Assembly: GCA_963674745.2 (NCBI GenBank)
Contig: CAXXDV010000003.1
Span: 928,001-992,000, forward strand
Source: Desulfosudaceae bacterium
GTDB taxonomy: Bacteria; Desulfobacterota; Desulfobacteria; Desulfobacterales; Desulfosudaceae
Reading direction: 5' to 3'
DNA length: 64,000 bases
A program made the position numbers and the translations under genes. This document shows positions 39,180 through 48,566 of the stretch, piece after piece. Under the pieces are notes generated by a model. It did no database searches. It saw only the letters and a program-made list of their open reading frames with translations, and was not told the DNA's origin. Numbering within the stretch: the stretch's first letter is position 1; each line of letters starts with the position of its first letter.

Positions 39180-40973
39180 TTAGTACATATAAGGCTCTGT
39201 TGGATATGCCCTGAAGCGGTATTTCATGGGCCCGGACATCATTCTAGTGGACATGAAAGAAAGAATGCCTCCCAGAAAATTCATGCTTTTCATCTTCGGA
39301 ATTACGGCCTCGCCCTCAATCACCACGTTTCCTGAGCAAAAATCAGCAACAGAACCTTCATAAAACAGTTTAATCTCAACCGGGGTCGAGGTACGTGCTT
39401 TTCCCCAGAATTTTTTCACATGAAGATGGCTCTTAGCGACACCATTTATCGTCATGATTCCGTCGCTGCTTAAGTATATAGAACCCCTAATCGGCCCAAC
39501 CTGTTCCATCCTGGTGCTTACTTTCAGTGGAAGAAAGCCGACACGTGTTTTAACCTTAAATGGAGGCACATCAATAGTGCCGTTTTCAAGTCTCTTTGAA
39601 GACATATTTGCGCCAACAGACATTGTGGTTGTTTCCGGCAGTTTGATTTCCTGCTTCATCTTTACAATCTCAACCATCCCGTCAACGTGCCAGTTTTCCA
39701 TTTTAATCACAAAATCATCATCCGGATTCTGTGCGTCAGATAACGGACGGGGTCGGGTGCTGCACAATGTCGCCTCATCCAAAGGCGCGCCGTCAAATCT
39801 GTCTTTCATCCAGGCTATCGCGTATGGGGTTACCTGAAACACCGGGATAATATGCTCGGCCGTGGGAAACACCTGGAAACAAACATCCATACCCATTTCA
39901 CAATAAGCCTCTTTTAGAGCCAGGGACTGCTCCATCGGAACAAACGCATCAGCTGATCCGTGATACAAATAAACAGGCGCGTTAATCGGGCTTTTACCGA
40001 GCTTCATGCTCTCGGAAATTGCGGCCACCTTGGGGAACTTTTTAATTAAATCTTCTATCGTAAGGTGATCCCTTGTTAAATCTTTGGTTCCGACACCCAT
40101 ATATATTTTCACCCCATCCCATATACATATATCCATTGCGCCTTCAAAGGCCGCACGCCCCCCCTTAGTTACAAGATCCAGCAACGGAACTTCATTGGGA
40201 TACTGGTAATACAGCCCGGCTAAATATGCCAGCAGATAAACGGCGCCCGGTCCGCCGTCCTGGAGTATTTGCGCATTTATGAGATCAGCGGGAACACCGC
40301 CCGCTATAACACCAACCAAATTCAAATCAGGCATATAAGACGGCTGAAGCTGGCCCGCCCACGGTGCGGCCTGCCCGCCCTGGGAGTATCCCCAGATAAC
40401 GACTTTGTCGCTATAGCTGAATGGGGAGTAAGGAATCTGTCTTGACGCCTTAACGATATCCAGTGCGGCATAACCCTCGTTATAACCGTTAAGGAATGAT
40501 GGATACATACCGTTGGTATATCCGGGATAATCGGTTATTAACACGGCGTAACCCGCATTAAGAAGGGATATAATATTTTCGTTTTCCCAGTAGTTACCTG
40601 CCCTGAGCTGAAAAGAAGGAGCGCATTTCTGAGAAAGCCCTTGAGCGACGGCGCAATAGATAACCACGTTCCCATGATCCCAGGCCTCAGGCACTATGAC
40701 GGAACCTGTCACGGCGTTTGGCCTGCCAAGATAATCAGAAGACCGATACATTACCTGCCATGAATCATACGGGGGGGCTCCAGGAATCACGACCTTTGCT
40801 TTTATGGATCTGATAAGGTCACCATGAACGCCTGCCGGTAGTGGAGACGGCTCTGTGTAAAAAGACTTCACAGAGAAGCCCTTTTGGGATTCAGCAATGG
40901 CCGGAGCGGTGAACAGCAATGCCGATATCATTATTAGTAACAGGACCGCCGGAGACCTACTGATTTTTACCAT
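39180..40973 (-). CDS. Secretory lipase family (LIP-type) paralog 2
   Basis: WGYSQGG nucleophile elbow, YHGSAD, AEH; signal peptide. Confidence 0.92.
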   Translation of the reverse strand: MVKISRSPAVLLLIMISALLFTAPAIAESQKGFSVKSFYTEPSPLPAGVHGDLIRSIKAKVVIPGAPPYDSWQVMYRSSDYLGRPNAVTGSVIVPEAWDHGNVVIYCAVAQGLSQKCAPSFQLRAGNYWENENIISLLNAGYAVLITDYPGYTNGMYPSFLNGYNEGYAALDIVKASRQIPYSPFSYSDKVVIWGYSQGGQAAPWAGQLQPSYMPDLNLVGVIAGGVPADLINAQILQDGGPGAVYLLAYLAGLYYQYPNEVPLLDLVTKGGRAAFEGAMDICIWDGVKIYMGVGTKDLTRDHLTIEDLIKKFPKVAAISESMKLGKSPINAPVYLYHGSADAFVPMEQSLALKEAYCEMGMDVCFQVFPTAEHIIPVFQVTPYAIAWMKDRFDGAPLDEATLCSTRPRPLSDAQNPDDDFVIKMENWHVDGMVEIVKMKQEIKLPETTTMSVGANMSSKRLENGTIDVPPFKVKTRVGFLPLKVSTRMEQVGPIRGSIYLSSDGIMTINGVAKSHLHVKKFWGKARTSTPVEIKLFYEGSVADFCSGNVVIEGEAVIPKMKSMNFLGGILSFMSTRMMSGPMKYRFRAYPTEPYMY

Positions 40974-41225
40974 TTTGTTCCCCCCTTATGCTGAATTGTT
41001 ATTAATAACAGTAACGATGATTTTTGTTCAGGAATTTGTCTGTCTTTTGCACCACAACTTATGATAATTTTTAGTGTAACAGTTTGAAAAAAATAATACA
41101 AATGATGTTAATAATCTTTTTCTTAAACTTTATTTTTGTATATGAAAATCTTTTTTCTGCCCCACCTGAATCGACCTGACATAACCGTCCCAATAGCCCA
41201 TCAACATGTAGCGCCCAGAATAAGA

Positions 41226-41254
41226 TTGACACACAAGGCCGTACATGCTATAGA
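41226..41254 (+). promoter_or_regulatory. Sigma70-type promoter of the PilZ gene
   Basis: TTGACA-17 nt-TATAGA. Confidence 0.55.
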
Positions 41255-41333
41255 TAAAGACCATAAAAGCAAGTTCTTATCTTTTATTTTTGAAAATTTC
41301 ACTCTGGTAGATTAACCTGGAAGGTGATCCCCA

Positions 41334-41774
41334 ATGAGCCCCGACAACAGTGAACAACGGAAATACAAGAGGCTTTACTTCCCAACGGATGAAATGATTC
41401 GAGCCGTTTTTTCATTTTCAGATGACAAGCAACTGATTTTTGACTCAAAGGTATTGAACCTGAGTGAATTAGGGCTTGGGTTGGTGGTGCGCAAAAGCGA
41501 TACCAACGCGGCCGACGACCTTAAGGCTGGAGACATTTTGCACCTCAAGGAGATTGTCGGGAATCCTGATCTGAAATTTGTTCGCGAAATTAAATCTGAA
41601 ATCCGGTGGGTCGCGAATGCTCAATGGATGGACAATATCGGGTTTGGATGCGAATTTATCGACATTCCTGCTGAACTGAGAGGAAAAATAAATTCCTTTA
41701 TAAACGTCGCCGAAGAAACAATGGATAACTTATTTGTTCCACTCGATGAACTGGGCCCCTCGAAAATGGACTGA
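41334..41774 (+). CDS. PilZ domain protein (c-di-GMP receptor)
   Basis: EQRKYKR (RxxxR), NLSELG ([D/N]xSxxG), EIRWV...GCEF. Confidence 0.9.
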   Translation: MSPDNSEQRKYKRLYFPTDEMIRAVFSFSDDKQLIFDSKVLNLSELGLGLVVRKSDTNAADDLKAGDILHLKEIVGNPDLKFVREIKSEIRWVANAQWMDNIGFGCEFIDIPAELRGKINSFINVAEETMDNLFVPLDELGPSKMD

Positions 41775-42354
41775 AGTTTCCGGGGGCCTGTTTTTTTTGA
41801 CCAATCCGGATCGGCCCCCGATTTCTGAGACAACAGCCTGCCTTTATCCTGCTTGATTGATCTTTACTTTTGATAATAAACATCCCATGCCGGTTCCAGC
41901 TCTTCTCCGTGCGCGGATACGCATTGAAAATAATGGCTGGCTGCCTGATTTCTCGGCTTATATACCCCGGAGACCGCCCGGTGGTCCGGGTTGATAGCTG
42001 ACGTTGTTGCCGCATACCTGGCGTCAGTCGGTAAGATCGGCAGAGACTACAGATGCAAACAAAACAGACGTGCAAGTTTGATTGAACATCGGCTACCCTC
42101 CTTGGTATGTAGTTTAAAAGCACGGGCACTGTATTGCGATTCAGCATCGAAAATCAAGGAAAAGACAGAAAATACATCTTCCTGTTTAAAAACAAAGGCT
42201 CTGAAGGTAAGTCAGGGCTTTTGCTTTGCAGATTAAGCATATACCATCACATAAATAAATCTGTTTAATCATATCTATATGTTGTAAAGAAGCCGTGTTA
42301 TAATCACCCATACTCAGTATTGATGAGTTAATAGATACTTGGGAGGACTATCAA

Positions 42355-43305
42355 ATGCAGGATAGCCCTATCGTTAAAACAGAAGGATTAACAAAGCGGT
42401 TTGGCAAGGCTTCCAGACAAATACTGGCTGTTGATGATTTGAGTATAGAGGTACGGCGGGGTAATATTTTCGGTTTTCTGGGGCCCAATGGCTCAGGCAA
42501 GACAACAACCATCGGTTTGCTACTGGGTTTGATCCGGCCGACATCGGGCGCTATAGCGCTTTTCGGACGGGACGTCAGTCGGGATTTGCCCTCGCTGCTG
42601 CGGCGAACCAGTGCTGTGCTTGAAAACGCTTCTTTTTATCCCTACCTCTCCGGGCGTAATAATATAGAAATTTTTGCCAGAATGACCGGCGGCGTGCCGG
42701 ATCGTCGTGTAGACGAGGTGCTTGAAACGGTCGGTTTAAAGAAAAGGGCCGGGCGCAAGGCCGGGACATACTCGCTGGGAATGCGGCAGCGGCTGGCTAT
42801 TGCCGTCGCCCTGCTCAACGACCCGGAGCTTATCATTCTGGATGAGCCGACCAACGGGCTGGATCCTTCCGGCATCATTGAAATCAGGGACTTAATAAGT
42901 GAGTTGGGGCAGCAGGGTAAGACGATATTCCTTTCCAGTCACCTGCTGCATGAAGTGGAGCAGGTCTGCAATCATGTCGCCATCCTGAATAAGGGCAGGG
43001 TTATCGCCCGGGGACCGGTGGATGAGCTGTTGCATCGTGGCAGGAAGCTCCGGATGCGTGTTTCGGATGTTAATGCGGCCGTTACACTGCTGAAGGATGC
43101 AGCGTGGATAAAGACCATAGAAACGGGGGCGGAGGGGGGCGTCGTCTTCATGGAGGTTGATGAAGAAAGATTCCCTGATGTCAACGAGATGCTTGTAAAA
43201 GGGGGGATCCGCGTCTTTGAGATGAAAACGTCCGAAGGATCTCTGGAGGACTTCTTCCTGGAAACGATTGCAGAAGAAAAGGCAGCGGGGGCGGGCAATG
43301 TTTAG
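42355..43305 (+). CDS. ABC transporter ATP-binding protein (BcrA-like exporter)
   Basis: GPNGSGKTT, YSLGMRQRL, ILDEPTNGLD, SSHLL. Confidence 0.95.
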   Translation: MQDSPIVKTEGLTKRFGKASRQILAVDDLSIEVRRGNIFGFLGPNGSGKTTTIGLLLGLIRPTSGAIALFGRDVSRDLPSLLRRTSAVLENASFYPYLSGRNNIEIFARMTGGVPDRRVDEVLETVGLKKRAGRKAGTYSLGMRQRLAIAVALLNDPELIILDEPTNGLDPSGIIEIRDLISELGQQGKTIFLSSHLLHEVEQVCNHVAILNKGRVIARGPVDELLHRGRKLRMRVSDVNAAVTLLKDAAWIKTIETGAEGGVVFMEVDEERFPDVNEMLVKGGIRVFEMKTSEGSLEDFFLETIAEEKAAGAGNV

Positions 43306-44086
43306 AATGATCGGCATTGAGATGTTCAAGCTCAAGAAGAGACGGATGCCCTATGTTATGCTGTTGCTGCTGCTGGCAATCATTGTTATTCCATTACTGG
43401 AAAGGTATTTGAGCGGGGAAACACCGGCAGAGACCCTGGTGTTGCAGGATGCGATGACCAGCACCTTTACCGCAGTGCCTGGCCTGGGCATCATTCTGGT
43501 GGCTATACTGGCGGCTTCGATGACCGGTGCAGAATACGGATGGGGAACACTGCAGCAGACACTGGCAAGGGGTACGAGCCGTAATCAATACCTGACGGCC
43601 AAACTGCTGGCGATCGCCATCGTTGTCTTTGGCGGCGTACTGACAGCCGTACTGGTCGGCATGCTTGCCAATATAATCACCGGCACTTTAATAGAGGGCG
43701 TTATTGACTGGAATGGCTTCACCGGCTATTTCTTCGCTTCGCTGGGGCGTACATTGCTGATGCTGGCGGTTTATACGTCTATGGCCGTTTTTTTTGCCGT
43801 GCTTATGCGATCTTATGCAACCGGGATGGCGGTAACGGTTGCCTGGTATATCGGCGAGTCAATCACCATAAGCCATCTTTCCATCGCCAACAGCTGGTGG
43901 CCGGAGGCCGCCAGATATTTTATTGGTTATAATATCAATAATCTGATGACCATGAACGCGGCTGATCTGTTCATTGAAACAGCGCCGTGGTGGCAGTCCT
44001 GCGCCATCCTGCTGGCGTATATGATCGTTATAATAACCGCTACCTATTACCTGTTCCGCCGCCAGGATTTAACCGCGCAGGAATAA
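43298..44086 (+). CDS. ABC-2 type transporter permease
   Basis: Six TM segments, EYGWGTL...SRNQYLTAK, FRRQDL end; overlaps the ATPase stop. Confidence 0.9.
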   Translation: MFRMIGIEMFKLKKRRMPYVMLLLLLAIIVIPLLERYLSGETPAETLVLQDAMTSTFTAVPGLGIILVAILAASMTGAEYGWGTLQQTLARGTSRNQYLTAKLLAIAIVVFGGVLTAVLVGMLANIITGTLIEGVIDWNGFTGYFFASLGRTLLMLAVYTSMAVFFAVLMRSYATGMAVTVAWYIGESITISHLSIANSWWPEAARYFIGYNINNLMTMNAADLFIETAPWWQSCAILLAYMIVIITATYYLFRRQDLTAQE

Positions 44087-44267
44087 TTTTTCTGGGGTAT
44101 CGAAAAGGCGTCGCTTTAGCGCTGGGGCCTTATTCTTGTCTGGTGGAGACGGGGGAGGGCATGGCATTCGTCTTTTGCGGAACAAAACCGAAACAATCTA
44201 TCGCAAATATATTTTTACGTTCACCAAAATATTATATCCCGCTAAAGCATCCAAAGAACAATCCGGG

Positions 44268-45524
44268 CTAGTGACCTTGCCGTAAAAGCGCTTCAAGCAT
44301 TTTGTCCGCCCGGTTTTTTATGGTTTCATGAAGTAATGTGGCCACCGATTCGTTGTATTCTCTAGTCTGTGCCTGAACCTCGCCGAGCTTGTTCAGAACA
44401 CGACGGCAGCTTTCCGCCATTCGTTCCCGTATCACCGGCCAACCCAGTCCGGTCTTTTTGGCCATCTTCTTCCAGTCACCAATCGTGAAGGCATTGACTG
44501 AGTCGCAGCCGCCGATCTTCATCGCGAGATTCCTGGAAAGGTTAGGCCAGGCAAGTGTGCAGACAAGATCATAATAGGGAGACAACCGTCGTTCGCCACC
44601 GGCATACAATAATGCGAAGTTCTTGCCATGCGCATCGGCATTGCCGATTAATACATTGAAAATCAGTCCGTTGATGAAGTCGGGGATATCAAGAACAGGC
44701 GCAGTGGACCAGTCCCGAAGCAGAGAAATGCACTCGCCGAGCGTCGGGCCTCCCTCTGCCTGGTACTTTCGCTCCGGCGGAAATCCCAGTGCCTGGCAGA
44801 AGTCCTCCTGGTGGAGTCGGGTCGTATGGCCGGCTTCATCGGTTGTCCGGTCATATCGTTGAACCAGAAGGCACTGTTTTCTTCCGATCAAACGATATTC
44901 GGTATCGGGTGCGTTCAAGCCGACTGCCTGAGCCAGCGTCATGCAGAAAAGTTCGTTGACGGCCAGTCCGGCAAAGCGATCCGGTTCCGGTTTCAGTATG
45001 TGGGTGCTGGGCGTATCACCAAGAGGCAGACAGATACCGTTCTGATGAACGATAACCGGCAGCTTGTCCTGGGCTCCGGCGAGTGAGAGGCGCAGTCCCT
45101 CCACACCGGCCATTAAGGGCCGATCAGGCAATTCGGCGATGAGCTTTTGCAACTCCGGTTCGGTCAGTTCGCGGTGTCGGGCGTTCTTCGGATCCGTCGG
45201 GGAAATGCCTTCGGGAAGCAGACTGACAGCGCCGGCGCACTCTCCGCCTATTCGCTCCAGCATGGCAAAGTCATTGGTGCGGCTGATTCCAAGGATCTCG
45301 GCTATCTTTTCTCGCGGGCCCTCTTCAGGCAGTATGCCGGCAAAGAAAGGCCTGGCCTTTTTTCCCGGGAACACCTCGCTTTGGAGTGGCAGTGAACGGG
45401 AGAGGGGTATGGCATTCGGCTTTTCAAGCCATGCCTGATCATAGGTGAATTGCAGCAAGCCGCTATCATCTTGTTGGAGGCTTCCGACCCTCTCGTTGTT
45501 CAGATAAACGATCAGGTTATTCAT
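44268..45524 (-). CDS. hipA: HipA family toxin (Ser/Thr kinase)
   Basis: LPEEGPRE, GGECAGAV, SLAGAQDK, HILKP, HQEDFCQALG, GNADAHGKN, LSPYYD. Confidence 0.95.
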   Translation of the reverse strand: MNNLIVYLNNERVGSLQQDDSGLLQFTYDQAWLEKPNAIPLSRSLPLQSEVFPGKKARPFFAGILPEEGPREKIAEILGISRTNDFAMLERIGGECAGAVSLLPEGISPTDPKNARHRELTEPELQKLIAELPDRPLMAGVEGLRLSLAGAQDKLPVIVHQNGICLPLGDTPSTHILKPEPDRFAGLAVNELFCMTLAQAVGLNAPDTEYRLIGRKQCLLVQRYDRTTDEAGHTTRLHQEDFCQALGFPPERKYQAEGGPTLGECISLLRDWSTAPVLDIPDFINGLIFNVLIGNADAHGKNFALLYAGGERRLSPYYDLVCTLAWPNLSRNLAMKIGGCDSVNAFTIGDWKKMAKKTGLGWPVIRERMAESCRRVLNKLGEVQAQTREYNESVATLLHETIKNRADKMLEALLRQGH

Positions 45525-45742
45525 AGCGTTTTGCCTTGGCCGGTAATCTGGAGTTTGAGGCCCAGCGCCTGGAGAACCTGCAGGATTTTTCCGATTTGGC
45601 AAGTCGGCTTGCCGTTTTCAAGATCACTAATGAAGCGCAGACCCGTCCCGCAGGTCAACGCCAGGTCCTTCTGGGTGACTTTCAATTCTCTGCGCCTGGC
45701 ACGAATAGCAGCGCCAAGCTGTTCTGGATTTATAATATTCAT
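45521..45742 (-). CDS. hipB: HipB-like XRE family antitoxin
   Basis: IRARRRELKVTQKDLALTCGTGLRFISDLENGK HTH; overlaps the hipA start. Confidence 0.92.
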   Translation of the reverse strand: MNIINPEQLGAAIRARRRELKVTQKDLALTCGTGLRFISDLENGKPTCQIGKILQVLQALGLKLQITGQGKTL

Positions 45743-45743
45743 G

Positions 45744-45856
45744 TTACCGATCGGGAATATATCGCCCTGTGAAGTGGTTGTCAAGGAAAATATTACCGAA
45801 CGGTAATATAGTTTATTGCATAAACTCTTTTGATTATAAAAATTACCGATCGGGAA
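45744..45856 (-). promoter_or_regulatory. hipBA promoter with three palindromic operators
   Basis: TTACCGATCGGGAA 45744-45757, TTACCGAACGGTAA 45793-45806, TTACCGATCGGGAA 45843-45856; TTGACA-17-TATATT on the minus strand (45784 to 45756). Confidence 0.85.
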
Positions 45857-45878
45857 TATTTAAGGTTTGTCCTGCCTG

Positions 45879-45982
45879 TCTCATGCAGGCACTTTTATAT
45901 GGACGGCAACCCTGTTCCCATAGGTGTTAAGCAGAGGATGCTGGGGCATGAAAACCGGAAGATCCTCAAGATTTCTTTGAAA
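45879..45982 (+). pseudogene. Remnant of a tyrosine recombinase C-terminus
   Basis: HAG..(frameshift)MDGNPVPIGVKQRMLGHENRKILKIS resembles integrase box II (HxxR/RH...LGH...Y). Confidence 0.55.
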
Positions 45983-46075
45983 GCAGGTTCCAACGTCTAT
46001 TTTCATTTAGCTGAAACGTCCCCCTGATTAAAGATACCACCATATTGCAATAAAGAGAGCTCCTGTTATCGCTCC

Positions 46076-46822
46076 TTAATGGATTCGATAAAGGTTCTTG
46101 AAAAACGATTTTAATATCCTGGTGGCCGGATCCAGTTGAAGATAAAAGCCTGCAACCCCCTTGTTGTTTTTACGATAGACTTTTGCCTCTTCTTCTGACC
46201 AGAAGAAAACACAAGCGGGTCAGTATTGATTCCTGATACCTTTTGCAAAAACCTTTATATCCTTGATTGGTAAAAATATTAAAGGGTTGCTTGTTTTATC
46301 GGTCACCTGAAAACGCATTGAATCATCTATTTTAATTTTTATGGGTTTTTGAGAATTGGCACAAGCCGATTCCACGGTCACCTGGACTTTATCTTCCATT
46401 AAATGCCCTCGCACGAAGGGCGCTCCAAAGGAGTCTGCCGCTCAAGGCGCCCAGACCTGCTCTCCGGTAGCATAGGTAACTTTGAATTTTGTTTCTTCAA
46501 CAGTAACCGGATAAGCCCAGGTAACATGTCCTGCCTGATTCCTTACGATCCACATCTGCATTTTTCCGATTTTCGCCAATATCTTATTTACCCTGTCTAT
46601 TGGCATGGATAGTTTTTGGGATATATGTTCCGGGGAAACAGGCTGCCTGAGACGGGTAAGTTCAAGAATCAGAAAATCCCTGACCTTGTAATGGCCTCTG
46701 GAATAGATTAATGGAAAGACAAACTTCATGATCAGGCCCTCAACCACACCGTTAAAAACGCAAAGCCAAAAAGGTATGGGGATCATTAATCCGCCGACAC
46801 CGAATAGTGTTTTTGTTTTCAT
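46076..46822 (-). CDS. MerB-like organomercurial lyase family protein with two in-frame UGA codons (candidate selenocysteines U127 and U201), 248 aa
   Basis: One frame through TGA 46442-46444 and TGA 46220-46222 to TAA 46076; AYP...VWAP-U-AAD, ESACANSQKPI, NQY-U-PACVFFWSEEEA match the MerB WCALD, SxC and FCxxVHFFAS segments; hairpins follow both TGAs; AAGGAGG RBS. Confidence 0.8.
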
Positions 46823-47113
46823 TAAAGGATCCTCCTTTTTGATGCAATTTTTATCCCGATTTTTCGTAATGGCAGGTGGCTACCTTTTAAAGCCATCATC
46901 CTTCCCAAGCTTAAGTTATAGGCCTGACCTTACACTTTTTCATTACCTCGTATAATCCACCCCAAAAAAAGCAAAATTTATACCATCATGTAAACTAAGT
47001 TTTTACAAAAAGTTATGTTAAAAAAAGCTGAAAGTGTTTATATGCTGACACATTTGTGTTAATATATAAACAAATTTTAGGGATAATCAAAAACAGTCAG
47101 GATCAAACAGGCT

Positions 47114-48433
47114 ATGATAACCAGACGCTTGGGCCCTATGGAAAAATCGCTCTGGCTGATAGACAGGGTCTGCCGCATCAACTTTGTCATGCACGCCGGC
47201 ATCCGCGGACCGCTGTCTCCCGAATCATTGCGCGCGGCTCTGGATTCTGTCCAGCAACGCCACCCCCTGCTTCGTGTGCGTATTGTGAGAAAAGGCTGGT
47301 CCGGACTTTGTTATGAAAGCAGCCATGTGCCGAGAATCCCCCTGCGGGTTGTGGACGGCCTGGAAGCATCCTGGGTGGCCGAGGCCGAATATGAGTGCAA
47401 TACTCTTTTCCCCACCGAACAGGGGCCGCTGGTGCGCTGCGTGCTTGTCCGGCATGAAGAAGAACGATCCACCCTGCTGGTTTCTTTTCATCACTCGATT
47501 GGTGACGGAATGTCCGGGGTGTATCTGATCCGGGATCTGCTTGACGCGGCCTCCGGAACCATCAGGGGAAAACATGACCGCCTGCCCGATCTTGATCTCA
47601 AAGAGCCAATGGAAGCGTACCTGCCCCCTGAGATGAAAGCCTGGCACGGCTGGTGGCGTTCCGGCCTTGTTCTTTGCCGGCTCATCGGTTCCCTGTTTCA
47701 AGGTGTCCCGGCAAGACCGAAACGGGATAGATGGGCTTTTCCGACAAAGAGAAACGCTTATATTGTTTCACACCAGTTGCCTCTAACAGTTGTTGAGCCC
47801 CTGCTCACAAGAGCACGAAAAGAAGGGACAACGGTTCACGGTGCCCTGACGGCAGCCTGCCTTTTTGCGATCAATAACGATCTTAATACCAGAAAAGACC
47901 GCCTGTTCATGCCATCAGCCGATACCAACATACGCAAGTATTTATCCCCTCCGGTTCACGACGATGTAGGACAGTTTGCCTCGGCCTGCACCTGTTTTTG
48001 CCGGGTGGGGGAAAGCAGGGACTTCTGGCAGGTTGCCCGGGATGTCGGGACTGCTCTCAGGGAAAGAATCCACCAGGGCGAACCCCTGGAATTCTCCATG
48101 TTGCTGGAAAAAGCAGACGTTCTGTTTCGCCTGTTTGGCACGGGAACGCCGGCCAGCCTGCTCCAGGCGTTTATGTATGAGCTGCTCGCTTCCGGTGCTA
48201 CAGACTTGAGCAACCTCGGCCTGGTTGACATGCCAGCGGATTATGACGGCCTTGCGGTCGAGACCATCGGTTTTGCCTCATCTTTATCGACCATGAGTTC
48301 CATGGCCTGCTTTGCGGCAACCATAAAAAACCGCCTGGCCTGGAACTTTGTCGGCATGGCGCCTGTTTATGATAAACGCCATACTGAAAAGATTGCCCGA
48401 AACGCCGTTGAAATATTAAAAACAAAGATATAA
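47114..48433 (+). CDS. Condensation-domain / CoA-dependent acyltransferase (PapA5/alcohol acetyltransferase-like)
   Basis: RHPLLR, FHHSIGDGMSG (HHxxxDG), TTVHGAL, LSNLG. Confidence 0.85.
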   Translation: MITRRLGPMEKSLWLIDRVCRINFVMHAGIRGPLSPESLRAALDSVQQRHPLLRVRIVRKGWSGLCYESSHVPRIPLRVVDGLEASWVAEAEYECNTLFPTEQGPLVRCVLVRHEEERSTLLVSFHHSIGDGMSGVYLIRDLLDAASGTIRGKHDRLPDLDLKEPMEAYLPPEMKAWHGWWRSGLVLCRLIGSLFQGVPARPKRDRWAFPTKRNAYIVSHQLPLTVVEPLLTRARKEGTTVHGALTAACLFAINNDLNTRKDRLFMPSADTNIRKYLSPPVHDDVGQFASACTCFCRVGESRDFWQVARDVGTALRERIHQGEPLEFSMLLEKADVLFRLFGTGTPASLLQAFMYELLASGATDLSNLGLVDMPADYDGLAVETIGFASSLSTMSSMACFAATIKNRLAWNFVGMAPVYDKRHTEKIARNAVEILKTKI

Positions 48434-48566
48434 ATCGCCTATCAATTAAGGGGATGGCTAGGCTATCTTATTTGCAAATGATAAAAAATCTTTTTGGGCG
48501 GGTTAAAAACAGGTATAATATAAAAATGTTTATCTGTTATTCGCCAGACCCTGTTGCATAGATATT

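Noticed and set aside
41698..42236. ORFs between the PilZ gene and the ABC transporter
   Set aside because: No recognisable family, partial overlap with the PilZ gene and weak starts
46220..46822. Two separate small hypothetical genes or a simple pseudogene
   Set aside because: Both stops are TGA, in frame, at the MerB catalytic Cys positions and followed by hairpins, which fits recoding better
47114..48433. NRPS biosynthetic cluster
   Set aside because: Stand-alone HHxxxDG acyltransferase with no adenylation or carrier domains adjacent
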